A DNA stretch of 64,000 nt. Source: an uncultured Verrucomicrobiae bacterium (lineage in GTDB: Bacteria > Verrucomicrobiota > Verrucomicrobiia > Chthoniobacterales > UBA10450). Of this stretch, positions 62,825 through 64,000 are shown in pieces. Made by a program: the position numbers and the translations under genes. Position 1 is the stretch's first letter. Each line of letters begins with the position of its first letter. The stretch lies in contig CAVYXA010000001.1 of the NCBI GenBank assembly GCA_963772365.1, positions 1,120,001 to 1,184,000 on the forward strand, read 5' to 3'. The notes beneath the pieces were generated by a model. It searched no databases. It had not been told where the DNA came from and saw only the letters and a program-made list of their open reading frames with translations.

Positions 62825-64000
62825 ATGATTGGTAACCTGGACTCGAAAACTCCCCCCGGCCCGCTCGACCGAAAATGGCAAAGCCATCGCGACCATTCGC
62901 GGCTTGTTAGTCCGAACAATCGTCGCAAGTTTGAAATTATCATCGTCGGGAGCGGACTGGCCGGCGGTTCGGCAGCGGCCACGCTCGGCGAACTCGGTTA
63001 TCGGGTAAAATGTTTTTGTTACCAGGATTCGCCACGGCGCGCTCACTCGATTGCCGCGCAAGGCGGAATTAATGCGGCGAAGAACTATCAGAATGACGGC
63101 GACAGCGTTTACCGGCTGTTTTACGACACAATTAAAGGTGGCGATTTCCGTTCGCGAGAGGCGAACGTTTATCGCCTCGCGGAAGTTTCGGTAAACATCA
63201 TCGATCAATGCGTCGCCCAAGGCGTGCCCTTCGCCCGTGAATACAGCGGTTATCTGGCGAATCGTTCTTTCGGCGGAGCGCAGGTCTCGCGGACGTTTTA
63301 CGCGCGCGGCCAGACCGGCCAGCAACTCCTGCTTGGTTGCTATCAGGCGCTTTGCCGGCAGATTGCTTTCGGCAGCGTGCAAATGTTTCCGCAAACGGAA
63401 ATGCTCGACCTCGTCGTTGTCGATGGTCATGCCAAGGGAATCATCACTCGCGACCTGAAAACCGGCAGGATCGACAGGTTCGCTGCCGATGCCGTTGTGC
63501 TCGCGACCGGCGGCTACGGAAATGTTTTTTATCTTTCAACGAACGCGCGCGGTTGCAATGTCACGGCCACGTATCGCGCCTATAAGAAAGGCGCGCTTTT
63601 CGCCAATCCCTGTTTCACTCAGATTCATCCCACTTGCATCCCCCACTCCGGCGAATTTCAATCCAAATTGACGTTGATGTCGGAGTCGCTTCGCAACGAT
63701 GGCCGTGTGTGGGTGCCGAAGCGCAAAGAAGATTGCGCGAAGCCGCCAAACCAAATTGCGGAAGCGGATCGCGATTATTATCTCGAACGAAAATATCCGA
63801 GCTTCGGCAATCTGTCGCCGCGCGACATCTCATCTCGCGCCGCGAAGGAAGTTTGCGACGAAGGCCGCGGCGTCGGCCCGGGCGGGCGCGGCGTGTATCT
63901 TGATTTTGCGGACGCCATCAAACGACTCGGCCAGGAAACGATCAGCGAACGTTACGGAAATCTCTTCGAAGTTTACGAAAAAATTACGGGCGAAAATGCC
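62825..64000 (+). CDS. sdhA: Succinate dehydrogenase/fumarate reductase flavoprotein subunit (runs off window edge)
   Basis: Manual translation: [49 protein letters not shown]. Confidence 0.96.
   Translation, partial: MIGNLDSKTPPGPLDRKWQSHRDHSRLVSPNNRRKFEIIIVGSGLAGGSAAATLGELGYRVKCFCYQDSPRRAHSIAAQGGINAAKNYQNDGDSVYRLFYDTIKGGDFRSREANVYRLAEVSVNIIDQCVAQGVPFAREYSGYLANRSFGGAQVSRTFYARGQTGQQLLLGCYQALCRQIAFGSVQMFPQTEMLDLVVVDGHAKGIITRDLKTGRIDRFAADAVVLATGGYGNVFYLSTNARGCNVTATYRAYKKGALFANPCFTQIHPTCIPHSGEFQSKLTLMSESLRNDGRVWVPKRKEDCAKPPNQIAEADRDYYLERKYPSFGNLSPRDISSRAAKEVCDEGRGVGPGGRGVYLDFADAIKRLGQETISERYGNLFEVYEKITGENA

Overview
A 64-kb, roughly 55-58% GC (visual estimate) chromosomal segment, most likely from a soil Verrucomicrobiota of the Chthoniobacterales/Spartobacteria group (Ca. 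Udaeobacter-like). This is inferred from the 16S gene and gene content and was not searched. The core backbone is the F1Fo ATP synthase operon (atpB-E-F-H-A-G), a stand-alone 16S rRNA gene with tRNA-Ala and tRNA-Ile on the opposite strand, a minor type IV pilin cluster, lpxK, thrB, acs, mnmA, secA and sdhCA. Accessory features include: (1) an island with a MACPF-signature + PASTA-like protein and two small coupled paralogous genes; (2) an ORF6N DNA-binding gene overlapping atpA and atpG; (3) an ~8-kb cassette between two diverged mnmA-cutA copies, carrying a LamG surface protein, hicBA, an ECF sigma/Ser-Thr kinase pair and a RAYT transposase with its REPs; (4) several duplication-and-partial-loss scars; (5) many REP-like palindrome families; and (6) a shared 'VSRKTHGAAGDFD' + dockerin-like C-terminal module on unrelated secreted proteins. 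Four genes have single-base frameshifts that may be assembly errors. All product calls come from motif recognition, not database searches.
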